Shown piece by piece: positions 48,101 to 59,100 of a stretch of 64,000 bases of DNA; position 1 is the stretch's first letter, and the number at the start of each line of letters is the position of its first letter. The DNA is from a virus, in IMG/VR virus record IMGVR_UViG_3300017991_000075, positions 1 through 64,000 of that record, one strand, 5' to 3'. The notes below the pieces were generated by a model. It had not been told where the DNA came from, did not search any database, and worked only from the letters and a program-made list of their open reading frames with translations. A program made the position numbers and the translations under genes.

Positions 48101-48335
48101 CCAGTACGCTGTCTGTCGAAGTTCCTTCAGTAACTCCGTCTTCAAATATCGAGACAAACTTCGCACCGCCATAGCTGCGAATACCGCCGTCATTACGCCA
48201 GAAAGGAAGCACCGACAAGGGGATGCTGACGTTACCTGTGATGCTCGGCACGTTTATGGTGTGCGGTTCGGCGGGATCAGTAAGATCCGCGAAACCTTCG
48301 GGGTTATTGACACCACTTCCCGGCAATCCGGCCAT
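45183..48335 (-). CDS. Large tail protein with a beta-propeller
   Basis: Repeats GLAYD/ALAFD/GLAYD/GLTFD...LYxVD in 1050 aa. Confidence 0.7.
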   Translation of the reverse strand: MAGLPGSGVNNPEGFADLTDPAEPHTINVPSITGNVSIPLSVLPFWRNDGGIRSYGGAKFVSIFEDGVTEGTSTDSVLAIVQQPIEQVGTFTLVDPDPQKIYAIRIRLRSTQSDPNYKDFVITFRVVSPLQVPIQFETYDDSALPQINFDQGLSQFNFTSVPPSTEIRLRSDGDGIILPVSMAPFSPEATAWLLGHLQRQRDGVFVVDFLKSGAVEATARVAYAYKWTGSDYTITKYRRKDYPDWGQYSGTDFGVAVAYISATGEPEFEVVGQFTYLTVGKYPGGLAYDNSTNTMYLMEDGGGTDSLYTVDVETGVMTLIGGSVIPGTLHCQALAFDPVGDRLIAGGFNSTPDGKIYEVNKSTGAASEIGTIGAYLVRGLAYDTERDVIYCCSSTAPYPLYEIDISAGFSATLVGNMGTSFVGLTFDTLRNRLIGTNDANPEKFWIVDRDDASQIELFDPSGIYGADLEGLCFREDLDVFYAGADTTADPNFYKLSMAAAELRFVKNLYGVGPRFESAVVAGPNGFLDVPPKMIQIGGTLDISSIVDFTDQRFLRRYGLDEQHVMLIGITDTQIVVRQIPLWDRAVSLYSVGGQQAIADLDAPPTYLFNSRVPLWPFLAFPNFLDFFDPAPTAPHTYPDLENIKLIDQNGVTQQTWADDVTLWNAMVSMRLPDQGTSIPVLDIRSWLSSTDSFYILEYDVIVDATGTNDYTIRSTFPLNVDGESLMWERPDLDVIEEMPSFEFNEWGVLSITTPNPWNGSGFTIIGDVSSQVFLVQGAGTTQDYDLAGTIMSREADYVLVQWSNGGNTIALHVPTTAVTQQLVGSNQVRAFFDGNTIMFPIGGLSEVQASGGVKNIILKGDVGSIPLYDVAEGVIYRLGLWGKGSRLFANPATPHLDIHFDGTTDRSAVRVANTFYDFREQGRSNGTLALANRGGPSTMGLKGLAYAFSMPRMKFLSETAEIEFENDGSNATYQTAQVMFINGSTGVRQQIIGTLVLGTAYQLGDAGRGLAVGDFIVVSAAHRNGYTTTVMYKLTEDYSAALKVTPEGYL

Positions 48336-48344
48336 GAGTCGCTC

Positions 48345-49763
48345 CTAGACTACATCCATCTTATAAACGTTCGATGCCTGCGTATTGTCAGGAATCAAGT
48401 ATCCGAATGGGACAGCAGGCTGCCCCGTCAAAATATTACCAGAGGATACTATCAGCACCTGTACCGCCATCACATCGCCAGGTACTAACCCAGGAAAGAT
48501 CGGAAATGAAATCGGGATAGGTCCGGCAGCTACTGCGGCCACTCCCTGTGCTCCGGGGTTCGTTGACCAGGTTCCGAGTATCCAATTGAAAATTCGAGGA
48601 GGCGAGAACGAAGGAGTAACAAGTAAATCCGCAAACGTAGCAGGCGGAGCATAAGCAAAGTTTTGTCCATTGAGAGCACCCCCATTCCATGTCGCGTCCT
48701 TACCCCCAACAAGGACGATCTCAGAAGCTCCCTTGATCCATGACGGAGGAGTCATCAGACAAAATACAGTTTGCCCGATAGTAACCGTGTAATCCGCAGG
48801 ACTCTGCGGATCGAGACGCCAGAAATCGTCAAGTATCGGAAGACCGACATTCGCCGGTCCCGGAATGAGGCTAGGTCCATCAGCATAGTCGATCGGAATG
48901 TTATTAGGAGTCCCTCCCGGTACAGCGGCCGCCACGGATGGGGCCAGATGCTGAATCATATACGCATGCCAACGGCCCGTATCCCCTATGACATGAAACC
49001 ACGCTGGTACAAAACCATTGGTGAACATTTCATCGTCGGATGTCTTAGCAGGAATTGCAGGCTCGTCATACCACGGCTCTAAAGGAGTCGGGGCGTTAGG
49101 CTGGTGGTAGATGGGGTCGTACGTGCCAGGCACGTAAACACCTTCATCAGGATCTCGATTAGTTGCTGTGAAAACGCCTTCAGGCTCACAGTCAACCGCA
49201 GACGCTCCTACGGAACCAGGACTGAACACCGCACCGGCAGGATCTGCTTCAGCAGCAGCCGGGGTCCAGTTAGGTTCCTTGTAAAGACAACACGCAAATG
49301 GAGCCATGCCGCTCTCGACACGCTCATCGAGTTCGGCGATCGAGCCTGACGGCCCTGATGCCAGCCAGAAATAGTAGACCTGGCTAACCTCGCGACGGAT
49401 GTTGCTGGAGATCAATTCCATCCGGAAGCACTGTGGCACACCATAATTCGGCTGAGGATCTTGCGGGAACCCAAGCTTCATTCCGCCAAGGGCTCCCTCG
49501 ATCGCCCACTGCTTGTTAGCGACTTCAACGAAACGACGTTCGGCCGCATCTGTGATGTCACCATCAACGACACGGCTAAGTTTATAACGGACGTTGATCG
49601 TGTCATTGTTGCCGAATACAACGAAGCGAACACCCAAGCCAATAAGCATAGGATTATATGACGACATACCGGCGTCACCGTCACCGAGCGTCAAGAAACG
49701 TTTGTCCCCAAACCCTCGACGCTCTTTGAGCAGTGAATACCGTAATGTTGTCGGACTTCCCAT
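48345..49763 (-). CDS. Putative minor tail protein
   Basis: 472 aa, Pro/Gly-rich, within the tail operon. Confidence 0.6.
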   Translation of the reverse strand: MGSPTTLRYSLLKERRGFGDKRFLTLGDGDAGMSSYNPMLIGLGVRFVVFGNNDTINVRYKLSRVVDGDITDAAERRFVEVANKQWAIEGALGGMKLGFPQDPQPNYGVPQCFRMELISSNIRREVSQVYYFWLASGPSGSIAELDERVESGMAPFACCLYKEPNWTPAAAEADPAGAVFSPGSVGASAVDCEPEGVFTATNRDPDEGVYVPGTYDPIYHQPNAPTPLEPWYDEPAIPAKTSDDEMFTNGFVPAWFHVIGDTGRWHAYMIQHLAPSVAAAVPGGTPNNIPIDYADGPSLIPGPANVGLPILDDFWRLDPQSPADYTVTIGQTVFCLMTPPSWIKGASEIVLVGGKDATWNGGALNGQNFAYAPPATFADLLVTPSFSPPRIFNWILGTWSTNPGAQGVAAVAAGPIPISFPIFPGLVPGDVMAVQVLIVSSGNILTGQPAVPFGYLIPDNTQASNVYKMDVV

Positions 49764-49772
49764 GTATGTTTC

Positions 49773-50519
49773 CTAGCACAACGGATTCCCGTCGTTTGGT
49801 GCAAAACCAGGTCCTATGCCATCACCATCAGCGTCTCTCGTAAACACAACACCAGTATGATGCCCGGCCTGCCAATTCAAGGCCGTGATCATAGAGGCTG
49901 TCAAGAACGCACTTATATCGGGAACGAACATTGTCAATCTCTGACCGCTCGCAAAGTCGTACGTCGGATCACTGACGTGCTTCCAGAACCTGAAGCCTTC
50001 CCGCTGGAAGAGTTCGAACATCTCGAAGTCTTCAGTTTCTTCAGTTACCGGGCATCTGGCGGGTTCTGACTCGTCAGCGATGTCAAGTTGATACTCAACT
50101 CGACTTGTGCGTGTAATGTTTGTAAAGGTGAGGGCAAGTGTGAAGTGTACCCCCTGTGCGTAATCATTGTCAGTGATAACCGAAAAGCCGAGTCCGTCAG
50201 GGTCGCCTGCATATGTTCGCATTTCATACCGCCTGCTCCCGCGAGACTGGAACAGAGGTTTGAGATTTCTTGTATAAGTCGTGGTTCCATCATTGTAGCG
50301 AAGCTCTATTTCAAAGTTGCGGGTGTACTGGTTGAGTTCAAGGATGACAGTCATCCCCAAGCCTCGCAGGATCGGATTATGGCCGCCCTCCGGATCTCCG
50401 TGACCGGCATCAAACATCGTAAGGTTCAGGATATCCGAACGTGCGCGATTACGGGGCGGTCGTTCCAACCAATGCCCGTTTCCGTAACCAAGAACTGTTG
50501 TCCCGTACTTATACGGCAC
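49773..50519 (-). CDS. Putative minor tail protein
   Basis: 248 aa, GTG start, within the tail operon. Confidence 0.6.
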   Translation of the reverse strand: MPYKYGTTVLGYGNGHWLERPPRNRARSDILNLTMFDAGHGDPEGGHNPILRGLGMTVILELNQYTRNFEIELRYNDGTTTYTRNLKPLFQSRGSRRYEMRTYAGDPDGLGFSVITDNDYAQGVHFTLALTFTNITRTSRVEYQLDIADESEPARCPVTEETEDFEMFELFQREGFRFWKHVSDPTYDFASGQRLTMFVPDISAFLTASMITALNWQAGHHTGVVFTRDADGDGIGPGFAPNDGNPLC

Positions 50520-50522
50520 CTG

Positions 50523-51230
50523 CTACACCTCGTTGATGTTGAAGAAACCTGCTTCTTGCGTATCACTACCGCCGATCGACACCAGCGTGCCTTGTGGCAT
50601 CGCCTCAGCCCTAACACGATAATGAATTTCAAACTGATTGATGGTCCATCTCTCGTACGACTTCACTATACGGAGGTGCTCCGCGTCATTGGCACTCTCA
50701 TCGACACAACTTACTTGAGAAAGAATATAGTCAGTACGACCTCTGTATTCGGGTTTCCACTCCTCGCTTTCAATCATGATCTTCAGAATATCAACCGCGT
50801 ACGCTTTGTGAGTGCGATCAAACGGTCTCCATATGATGTATTCACCGGCATCCCAATCAGGATCATTCAGCCACATCTGTTCGACACGATGAATAAATCC
50901 CCATGTCACAGCCAGGCCGCCCTCTGGGCGGAAGATCTCTTTGATGATCGTATCGTCAGTTACCTGCGGGAATTTGGCAAAGACATTCGAACGTAACGTC
51001 TTAGCCGTAGCGAGATCTCGATCCGCTTTCACATCGAGTGTGAAGAACACTGTTTCATCGGGAAGAAACGGATAGATGATCTGCCTGGCGACAAGCCCAT
51101 CAAGAGCACTGTGATACAGAATGCGAGATCCGTTGACGCTACCAGCGGTCGGATCATAGTACGCTGCCGGGTTTTGCCCGAACATGTACGGCCCGAAACG
51201 ATGTCCTGTGCGTGCGAACGTCAACGACAT
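50523..51230 (-). CDS. Putative distal-tail-like protein
   Basis: 235 aa; size and position downstream of the tape measure gene. Confidence 0.5.
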   Translation of the reverse strand: MSLTFARTGHRFGPYMFGQNPAAYYDPTAGSVNGSRILYHSALDGLVARQIIYPFLPDETVFFTLDVKADRDLATAKTLRSNVFAKFPQVTDDTIIKEIFRPEGGLAVTWGFIHRVEQMWLNDPDWDAGEYIIWRPFDRTHKAYAVDILKIMIESEEWKPEYRGRTDYILSQVSCVDESANDAEHLRIVKSYERWTINQFEIHYRVRAEAMPQGTLVSIGGSDTQEAGFFNINEV

Positions 51231-51233
51231 GGA

Positions 51234-52574
51234 TTATTCTCCTCCGACTTCTCGAATCGTATCCCCGTTCGAGTCGATAGCCGTTGTGAACTCAAGTTTT
51301 TCAGCAAGACCAGTATCGTCATCAAGATTGTCCGGATCGATCGACATATCGACGATACCCGGATTGAACATGGCAACCTCATGTTCTGATGGCTGACCGG
51401 CCAGCATGTTGAGCAATCTGTACTTGGCGTTATGACCCGCCAAGCCGAGTGCCCGCTCAAGCATGTCGAGATCTACTTGAGCAGAAGTAGAGTCAAAGAT
51501 GTCGAGGTTGGCCTTGTCACGATGAAGGATCGAAAAATCAAGCGTACGACTGTCGCTGACACGAAAGACGCCGATGATGTAATACTCCTCTTGATAAGGA
51601 AGTATCGTCGAATCAAAGATCACCGTAGCGACACCACCGTTATCGATAAAGTTTGGGTTGCCGTCGATGTACAGCGCCGTATCCCATGAAGAGATATTCC
51701 ATTCGGCTGTTGCCGGTGGAAAGTCGAAACGATACAGACTTGTGCTGGAGTTGTTATAGAACAGCTTGTCGTCGTCAGTGTCGTAAGCCATCCCAAAAGG
51801 AGCTACGCCGACTGTTGCTCCCTTCAACGTAGCGATCGCCGTGTCTGGGTCTACCTCGTACAGATTGTGCGTGCCGCCAGAACTGGAAGTCATCCAAAGG
51901 ACTCTACGACGAGTGTCAAACGCCAGACCCGCCGCGATGCTGCCGATGCCTGTCGAGGCGATGAGTTGACAGGTCGCATCACTGGTATCGACGAGATAGA
52001 TCTCATCACTAGAGACCAACAGGTACAACCGGCCAGTGACAGGATCTCGTGCTAGGCTCTGTGGAGTCGTAATCGGTGTACCGCCAACAGTCAATGCTCC
52101 GATCAACGTTGCCACCGCTGTTGATGGGTTGATGCTGTACAGCGAGTTAGTCGTATCGCTGACACCCCAAATAACGCCTTCACCCGGTGAGTATTCGAGT
52201 CCTTCCATAGATGTAACAAGAGGGCCGATCGTGGCCACTGTTACCCCGGTGGTCTTATTGATCTTGACCAGGTTATTTGCGGATGAGGACGCGAACAGAT
52301 GCCCATCACCCGGATCATAGCTGTAGGCGTCGATCGCGATCGTAGTCGCAACAAACACATCAGGGAACGTCGGATCATTCAGCGAAGCTACCTGCGGCAT
52401 ACTAAAAGTGAAAGGCGTTCCGTCTGGAGTCGCGACAGGATCAATTCGCTTGATTCCGACGCCATGTGTCGCCACTGGCACAAACTGTGATGGTGAAAAT
52501 GGCGACATGAGCCGAAGGGCATCGCCCTCTCTCACCGGGATCACATGAAGATCTGGTATATTATTCCAGGGCAT
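51234..52574 (-). CDS. Virion protein with an inserted beta-propeller
   Basis: YSYDP/LEYSP/LARDP/LAFDT/MAYDT blades with LYxINP/VDP...AT..G. Confidence 0.7.
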   Translation of the reverse strand: MPWNNIPDLHVIPVREGDALRLMSPFSPSQFVPVATHGVGIKRIDPVATPDGTPFTFSMPQVASLNDPTFPDVFVATTIAIDAYSYDPGDGHLFASSSANNLVKINKTTGVTVATIGPLVTSMEGLEYSPGEGVIWGVSDTTNSLYSINPSTAVATLIGALTVGGTPITTPQSLARDPVTGRLYLLVSSDEIYLVDTSDATCQLIASTGIGSIAAGLAFDTRRRVLWMTSSSGGTHNLYEVDPDTAIATLKGATVGVAPFGMAYDTDDDKLFYNNSSTSLYRFDFPPATAEWNISSWDTALYIDGNPNFIDNGGVATVIFDSTILPYQEEYYIIGVFRVSDSRTLDFSILHRDKANLDIFDSTSAQVDLDMLERALGLAGHNAKYRLLNMLAGQPSEHEVAMFNPGIVDMSIDPDNLDDDTGLAEKLEFTTAIDSNGDTIREVGGE

Positions 52575-52583
52575 CGTAGCTCC

Positions 52584-53159
52584 TTACTGCACGCGAGCAG
52601 AAATCTCACCAACCACACGGTGAGTCTCATCCACAATCTTACGCTGGCTGTATTGGTAGATGACACTAGAACCCGGATCATCCGGATTGCCGTCATAGAT
52701 CGTTATTGTTGTCAGGCCAGGAACACCCATCGAAACTTCGTCATGTTCGATGACGGTATTCCACCCAAGCAGCCCGGCGATTCGTTTGACGTACTCGTTG
52801 ATCACCGCTGTGTTGATCGGACCGACAGTGCTGAAAGCAACATCAAATGGTATGAAGTGCCACTCATCAACGAGAGCAACCAAGCTATTGAAGATCCTCA
52901 CGCGATAGGTTTCACCCGTGGAATACTTCGTAGGATCAAGATGTATCTTGATGGCATTGCCCTGTGCCGGCCAGTTCACCGTACCGCTGTCTTTGATGGT
53001 CAGCGTTGACATCTCGGTGACTTCATAGCTCCAGGTCGTACTACCGCCAGCCCCGAAAGTCGGGTCTGGCAGAAACACCAGCACGTTTTTATCGAGCTGG
53101 TACTTAGGCAGCGTTGCCACCTCAAGACTGCCACCGTAACTAGGCGCACGTAAAGGCAT
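52584..53159 (-). CDS. Virion protein, apparent paralog of 51234-52574 without the propeller
   Basis: KRIAGLLGWN versus ERALGLAGHN and similar C-termini. Confidence 0.6.
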   Translation of the reverse strand: MPLRAPSYGGSLEVATLPKYQLDKNVLVFLPDPTFGAGGSTTWSYEVTEMSTLTIKDSGTVNWPAQGNAIKIHLDPTKYSTGETYRVRIFNSLVALVDEWHFIPFDVAFSTVGPINTAVINEYVKRIAGLLGWNTVIEHDEVSMGVPGLTTITIYDGNPDDPGSSVIYQYSQRKIVDETHRVVGEISARVQ

Positions 53160-53169
53160 CTAAGTCCTC

Positions 53170-56100
53170 CTAGATCGTAGTTCCTCCAGTCGCACCTAAC
53201 GGATTACCCGCTGACATAGGCGCTCCAGAACGCATGAGTTCAATGATCGTATCCAGGCGCTTCTCAGTTCCACGCATTGAAGCCCTGAACGCTTCCTCGG
53301 TTTCCTTGATGGCGACCGTCGTGGTCCCAGAGATTACACCACGGATCTCTTCAGTGGAAGCCACTGCATCATCAACCGTGTCCTTGATGATTTCTGCGCT
53401 GCCCTGCAGGTTAGAGAGGAAGCCCGTCGCTATAGCGAGAAGACCCATAGCCGCAGCGGCTAGAGTCTTGTCAAAAACTTTGGTCAACAGGGCAGATAGC
53501 CCGCTCTCAGCAGCGTTCACCAGATAAGCGATAGCCTTGTCCGTCAGATCGTCGAAGATCTTCTTGGCGAACATACTGATCCTGTACAACGTCGCATTGA
53601 ATGAATTACCTGTCTCCTCAGCGGCTTTTCTAGCTGCATCGACAGCTTTGTTCGCCGAACCATCGATGACTCCGGTTATGGTGTCACCAAGAGCGGCACC
53701 GATCGGTGCTGCAATATTGCTATGTATGAACGGGTAGACCTCGACCTGACGCATTGCATCTTCGATGGTCTCCTTGACTTCCGCCGATATATCGCCGGCA
53801 GTAGCTGTTGAAAAATCGAAATCAGAATCGAGAGTAATGCCTTCCTTGGCAAGCTGGAATTCCAATCTACGACGTACTGAAGCAGCCTCTAACTTGGCGG
53901 CTTCACCTTCTTTACGACCCTTGAACAGCACTGCAACACGCTCAAGCTCATTCAGTTTTCTAACAGCCTCGGCAGTTGCAATTTCTGCCGTGCGCATCTC
54001 ACGCTTCAGATCTTTGGCTTCCTTCACGCCAAAGCCAGCCGCCTCGAAACTGAAGGCATCCGGACCCGCACCGGATAGTTCTTTGATCCGGGTTTGCAGC
54101 AGTTTGTTCTGCTTTTCTTCCTCTTGCGTCGTTTCCTGCTCGGCCTGTTTACGGTACTGAGCAAGATCTACAAGAGCATGGAGACGTTCTTCAATACGTG
54201 CTTCAAGATTGTGCTGCGCTCCGGATATCTGTAACTGCTCAGCAGCATACTGAAGCCGTTTACGAACCTCTTCCGTGCTGCCCGTGAGGAGCTGCTGCAT
54301 TGTCTCGAAGACATGTACCAGACGTTCGTCTTCTGGCAGCATCGCATCAAAGATCTCGAAGCCGAGATCAGATGCGGCATCCTTTAGAATGGCACGCAGA
54401 GCTTCACGTACAGCTAAGAATTGACGACGTTCGATGCTCTTTAGATTTTCTACGATACCCGCCGTGAATGGGGCTTTCTTGACGAGAGACTCACGAATCG
54501 ATTCAGGGAGGGTTTCTCCGAATAAACCCTTGAGCATTTCTGCCATTTTATCTTCAACGTCTTCTAAAACGCTGGCAGCAACTTCGAGCCCAAACATGTC
54601 ACCTTTGACCGCACTCTTTCTGGCGTCCTGCATTACTGCGGAAATCAAGTAGAGCTGATGCCTAATCTTGTTGAGACGCTCCTCGTCACCAACACCGATT
54701 GTCTTGGCGATGTCGCTAATGGCTTTGAATCGTTCTTCTGCGGCGTCGAATCCAATTTCGGCCTCGCTGCCTATCGTGGCTTCGAGGATCTTAGAGCGTT
54801 CGGCCTGCATGCTCGCGATGGCCTGTCCAACTTTATCATAATTACCACCGAGTTCTGCAACCTTGGTGTTGTACTCTGATTGCTTCGATACAATCTCAAC
54901 AAGGCGTGTGAGAATCGCATCGAACTTATGAACGTTCTTATCTAGCTCCTTACCGAGGTTCTCCTGAATCTCGACCTGTTTCTGGACTTCAGCGGATGCA
55001 TCCTGCAGTCGCTGATCCATGTCGGCCATTTCCTGCTCGTACACGGACCCGATCTGCTGGCCGAGCCGTACCAGCTCAGGAGCATCCTTCTTGAATCCCT
55101 CAAGAGCTGCAGCACCAGCTTCTTTGAACCCTTCGTTGATTTCACCCATCATGCCGGAAGCTTGCTTACGCAACTCGCGCTGAGCTTCGACTTGTCCGGC
55201 AGTAATCGCTCCAGGATCTACCAGGCCAAGCTCCTGCATCATCCGCAGATGCTTGACCAACTCCTGTGCGGAAACCTTTTCCTTCTTGTGCAGTTCGATA
55301 TTCTTGAGAATCGTGTCACGCTGTTTTTCAAGAGCTGCCACCTGGTCCCAATAACCTTCGGTCATAGGATCGAGTAGCCGTAACTGTTCTGCTTGGGCAT
55401 CCCACACATCACGAGAAGTAACACCGAGATCACCGATGACATCCCGCAGCTCATCAACATTATTACCAATTACCTTGATGGCGTTCTCAACATTTTCAGC
55501 GGAGATACCTTCATCAACAGCGGCTTTCAATTTCTTTTGAATCCCGCCGTAGAAACTCTCGATACGTGCGGCGTCCTTTTCCTGGCGATCTATTGTGTTA
55601 CCCCAGATGTCTGCAGTTTCTGCTGCTTCTTCCTTGAGTGTGTCGATGGCATACTGTAACCCGCTAGTCAGATCACCCTCATCGACACCGATGAACGGGA
55701 TCTCTACCAGAATCGATTCCAACCCTGAAGCGATGCTCTCGATAATAACAGCAACACCAAGTTTGATCTTGTTCCACAACCATTCACCGAGAGATAGGGC
55801 GAAGTTCTTGGCAAAACTAACTGCCTTGGCAGCGAACTTGATGAACTCTGCAAGAGCGTCAATACCAGCCTTAGCCAAAGTCGATTTGATCTTCGGTGGT
55901 ATTGCCGCAAAGATCATCTCCAGCCACGTCAGCACCAGACCGCCGCCGTGTTTCAGTAACGTGTTTATAGCGCCGCCAATGAACGTGAAGAAGGCATTGG
56001 CAACGGCACTGACATCGCTCCAGAATTTCTGACTGCCATCCTTGGCCTTGATCCAATTTTCCTTGACGTAATCGAAGATCAGTCCCAAAGATCTAAATGC

Positions 56101-59100
56101 GATACGTGTGAATGCACGAACGTGTTCAAGAATCGTCGTAACCAGACTGATACCATCCGTTTCAAGGTTGCTCATCAAATTCGCGAGGAAGGGCGCTAGT
56201 TCTTCAAATATAATGATCTTGATGCGCTCGAATATCTGCTTAGAAGTCTCGATGCTGGCTTTGAATTTTTCTGCGGCCTCAATACCCTTCTTACCGATCG
56301 GCGGGATCTTTGATGCGGCAATAATGGACCCGCTGATATCAGCAGTCGCATCCATGACCGCACCACGAAGTGTGCCGAATTGAGCACCCATCGCCTGCAG
56401 AAGACGTTCTTGGTCCCTCATGCTTAGAGTGCCACTACGGAGAGCTGTAACCATCCGCATGAACATCTCGTCAGGCTTCATTTTCTGTAGATCGTTGAAT
56501 GTGATGCCCACCTTAGCGAAAATCGATGACATCTCACCGACACCGCCCTCACTAATCACCTGGGTGACTGTAGATCTCAGTGTCAGGAACGCTTGTTGCA
56601 CTTCGCTGGCATTCACGCCGAGCATCTCGAAAGCACGAGTCAAACGATCGTACTGTTCGAGATCTACATCAACAGCAACGGCCTGGCGCTGTAGCTGAAC
56701 GAGTTTGTTTGCTGTTTCATCAATAAATTTGAACAACTCATTGATGCTACTCTGAATCATGCCGGTAACAGCGCCGATCACCTTACCGACAATACCAGTG
56801 AAAACACTTACCAGACGTAATGGCAACACAGCAACAAAACCTATGAACCCGGTTAGTGCTTTTACGACCATTCCAATTGTACCGAGGATCAACCCAAGCA
56901 CGCCTTTGGTCATGCTGGACATCTTCATCAAAAGAGTGCCCGGTAAAGAGATGACTTTCTCGAAGGTGTTCGCCAACCAATTTAGTGACGATGATATTCC
57001 AGCGGTAACACCTTGAACGACCTTACCAAGACTTCCGAGCACTGTTGAAAAAGCGCCAACTATTCCCTCATTGAAAACTCTCCCTACCAGTTCTTTTAGG
57101 TAGCCGACACCTTTCAACATCTGTTCACCGACAAGAGGTCCAAACTCACGCATCTTGATAATGCCATCACGGAGTGGACCATACTTCGGCAAAGAACTCG
57201 GCATCTGATCTCTGATAGCCGCCTTTAGAATGCCGGCTGTCGCTGCCTTCAGTTTATTACCGCCAGCGACGATGCCTTTGCCGAGTTCCTGCATCATCGA
57301 AATACCGGCTTTTGATGCACCGCTGACAAATTTATTTGTTGCCGTGCCGAGATCAGCGGTCCCTTTCATCATCTGATTACCGATGATGCTGCCGAACTGC
57401 CCCATTGCCACGAAGGTTCTACGGAGGGGTCCTTTCTTTGGCATCGACGACATGAAGTAATCGGCGACTGTCTGAGCTGCATTTGCGGAAGGCTTTTCGA
57501 GACTGCGAACACCTTTCTGCATTTCAGCAGCGATAGCCTCCAGCGTGTTATGTCCGGTAGCGACGATCTTTTTAGACTTGGCAATTCCGGAGAGACTATT
57601 CTCGATCTGTTTGACAACATTCTTCATCTCTGTCGCACGGATCTTGATTTTACCGAGACCCTTCATCGACAGAGCTTCTTGAATCTTCTTGACGATATTC
57701 TCACCAGATAAACCTTCTCCAATACCCTGCAGGAAGGTCTTCATTATGAGATCTTTGATCGCCTGAGACTGTTCTCCGAACTTATCAATGCCTCTTGTCA
57801 AACCGCCAGATAGTTTCTTCTCCAGGCCGTACATAGCATCGGCAACATTGGAGAACTGCCGTAAAGTTTCGATACCGAAGTTATCAACAGCCTGGGTCGC
57901 CAAACGGCTGTTGGAGCGCATATTGTTATAAAATGCTTTGATACCTTCCGACATCTCGGCAAGCTTTGCCGGGACATCACGCTGCATCGTCGCAACAGAA
58001 CGTTGAAACGCTAGGAAAGGGTCCCCTGTGCGAGCAAGTTCCTCAGAAAACTGGAATATCTTACTGCCTCGTAGATTACTTTCGATCTTGGAACTGACGC
58101 CCTTCACAGCCTGAGCAACAGCAGCCTGGTCCTTGCCGACAGCAAGCACGCCGGCCAGCAGCTTTTGCAAGCTGAGCCCCGTCTTCTGCATATCCTTAGA
58201 AGATGTTGCCAGACCTCCGCTGAGAGCTGCGGCTTTTGTTGTCACCTCAACAGCACGACCAGCCTGTACCTCGGATACTTTACGAAGATGAGAAGCGGCT
58301 CGTTGACTTTCAGCCATATATGCTTTAGCGGCTGCTGTAGATCCCTCGACAGCCGTTGTTTTTTCAGCTAGGGCTGCTGCTGTAGTCTGTTGCTGTTTCG
58401 TAAGTGCGATCGTTGCTTCAGTATCTGAAATAGCGATCTGCTCGTTGATGTCACCACGCTGTCTTTCGAGTGTCTTCTGCACCGCATTCAGCTCGGCAGA
58501 CATTGCCTTGAGCTGCTCATCGACGGCACCGAAAGTCAATTCTCCGGATTTGAATGCTTCTGATACAGCTTCTAACTGCGTCTTCGTGAGACCTGTGGCC
58601 TGTATCAGCTCGTCGGTAACTTTCAGCTCGCCCTGTCGAAGCTGCGTCTCCATCGCCAGGATACGCTCGCCCTTATCGATCTCTGCTGCAAGAGCATCCC
58701 GTTTGGCACGCATTTCCTTGAGCGTGACAAGCTCTTGGTTACGCTCATCAATTTCAGCATTGATAGAATCGATGACAGCTTGAGAGGCCCCTTCAATCCG
58801 GGCTCTACCAACACGTTCGACACGCTCCTGCTCGTTACGAGACTGAATCGTCTTACCGAGCCGCTCGTTTAGTTTATCGGCGAGCGTATTGCCAGCAGCA
58901 ACCTCAGCGACGTTGGTATCGAGCACCTTGAACATACGCTCAAAGTTTCCACGAATCTTACCGAGCATCCTCTGGTTATCGCCGTAAGCTGTGGAGATAC
59001 GGTCGATCTCCTTGTTGAGTTCAAGGACCCTGTTGAGTTGAGCGTTGTATTGCTCGGCAAGTTTCGGCTGCACCTTACCTGTGCGCTCAATGCTGGTGTC

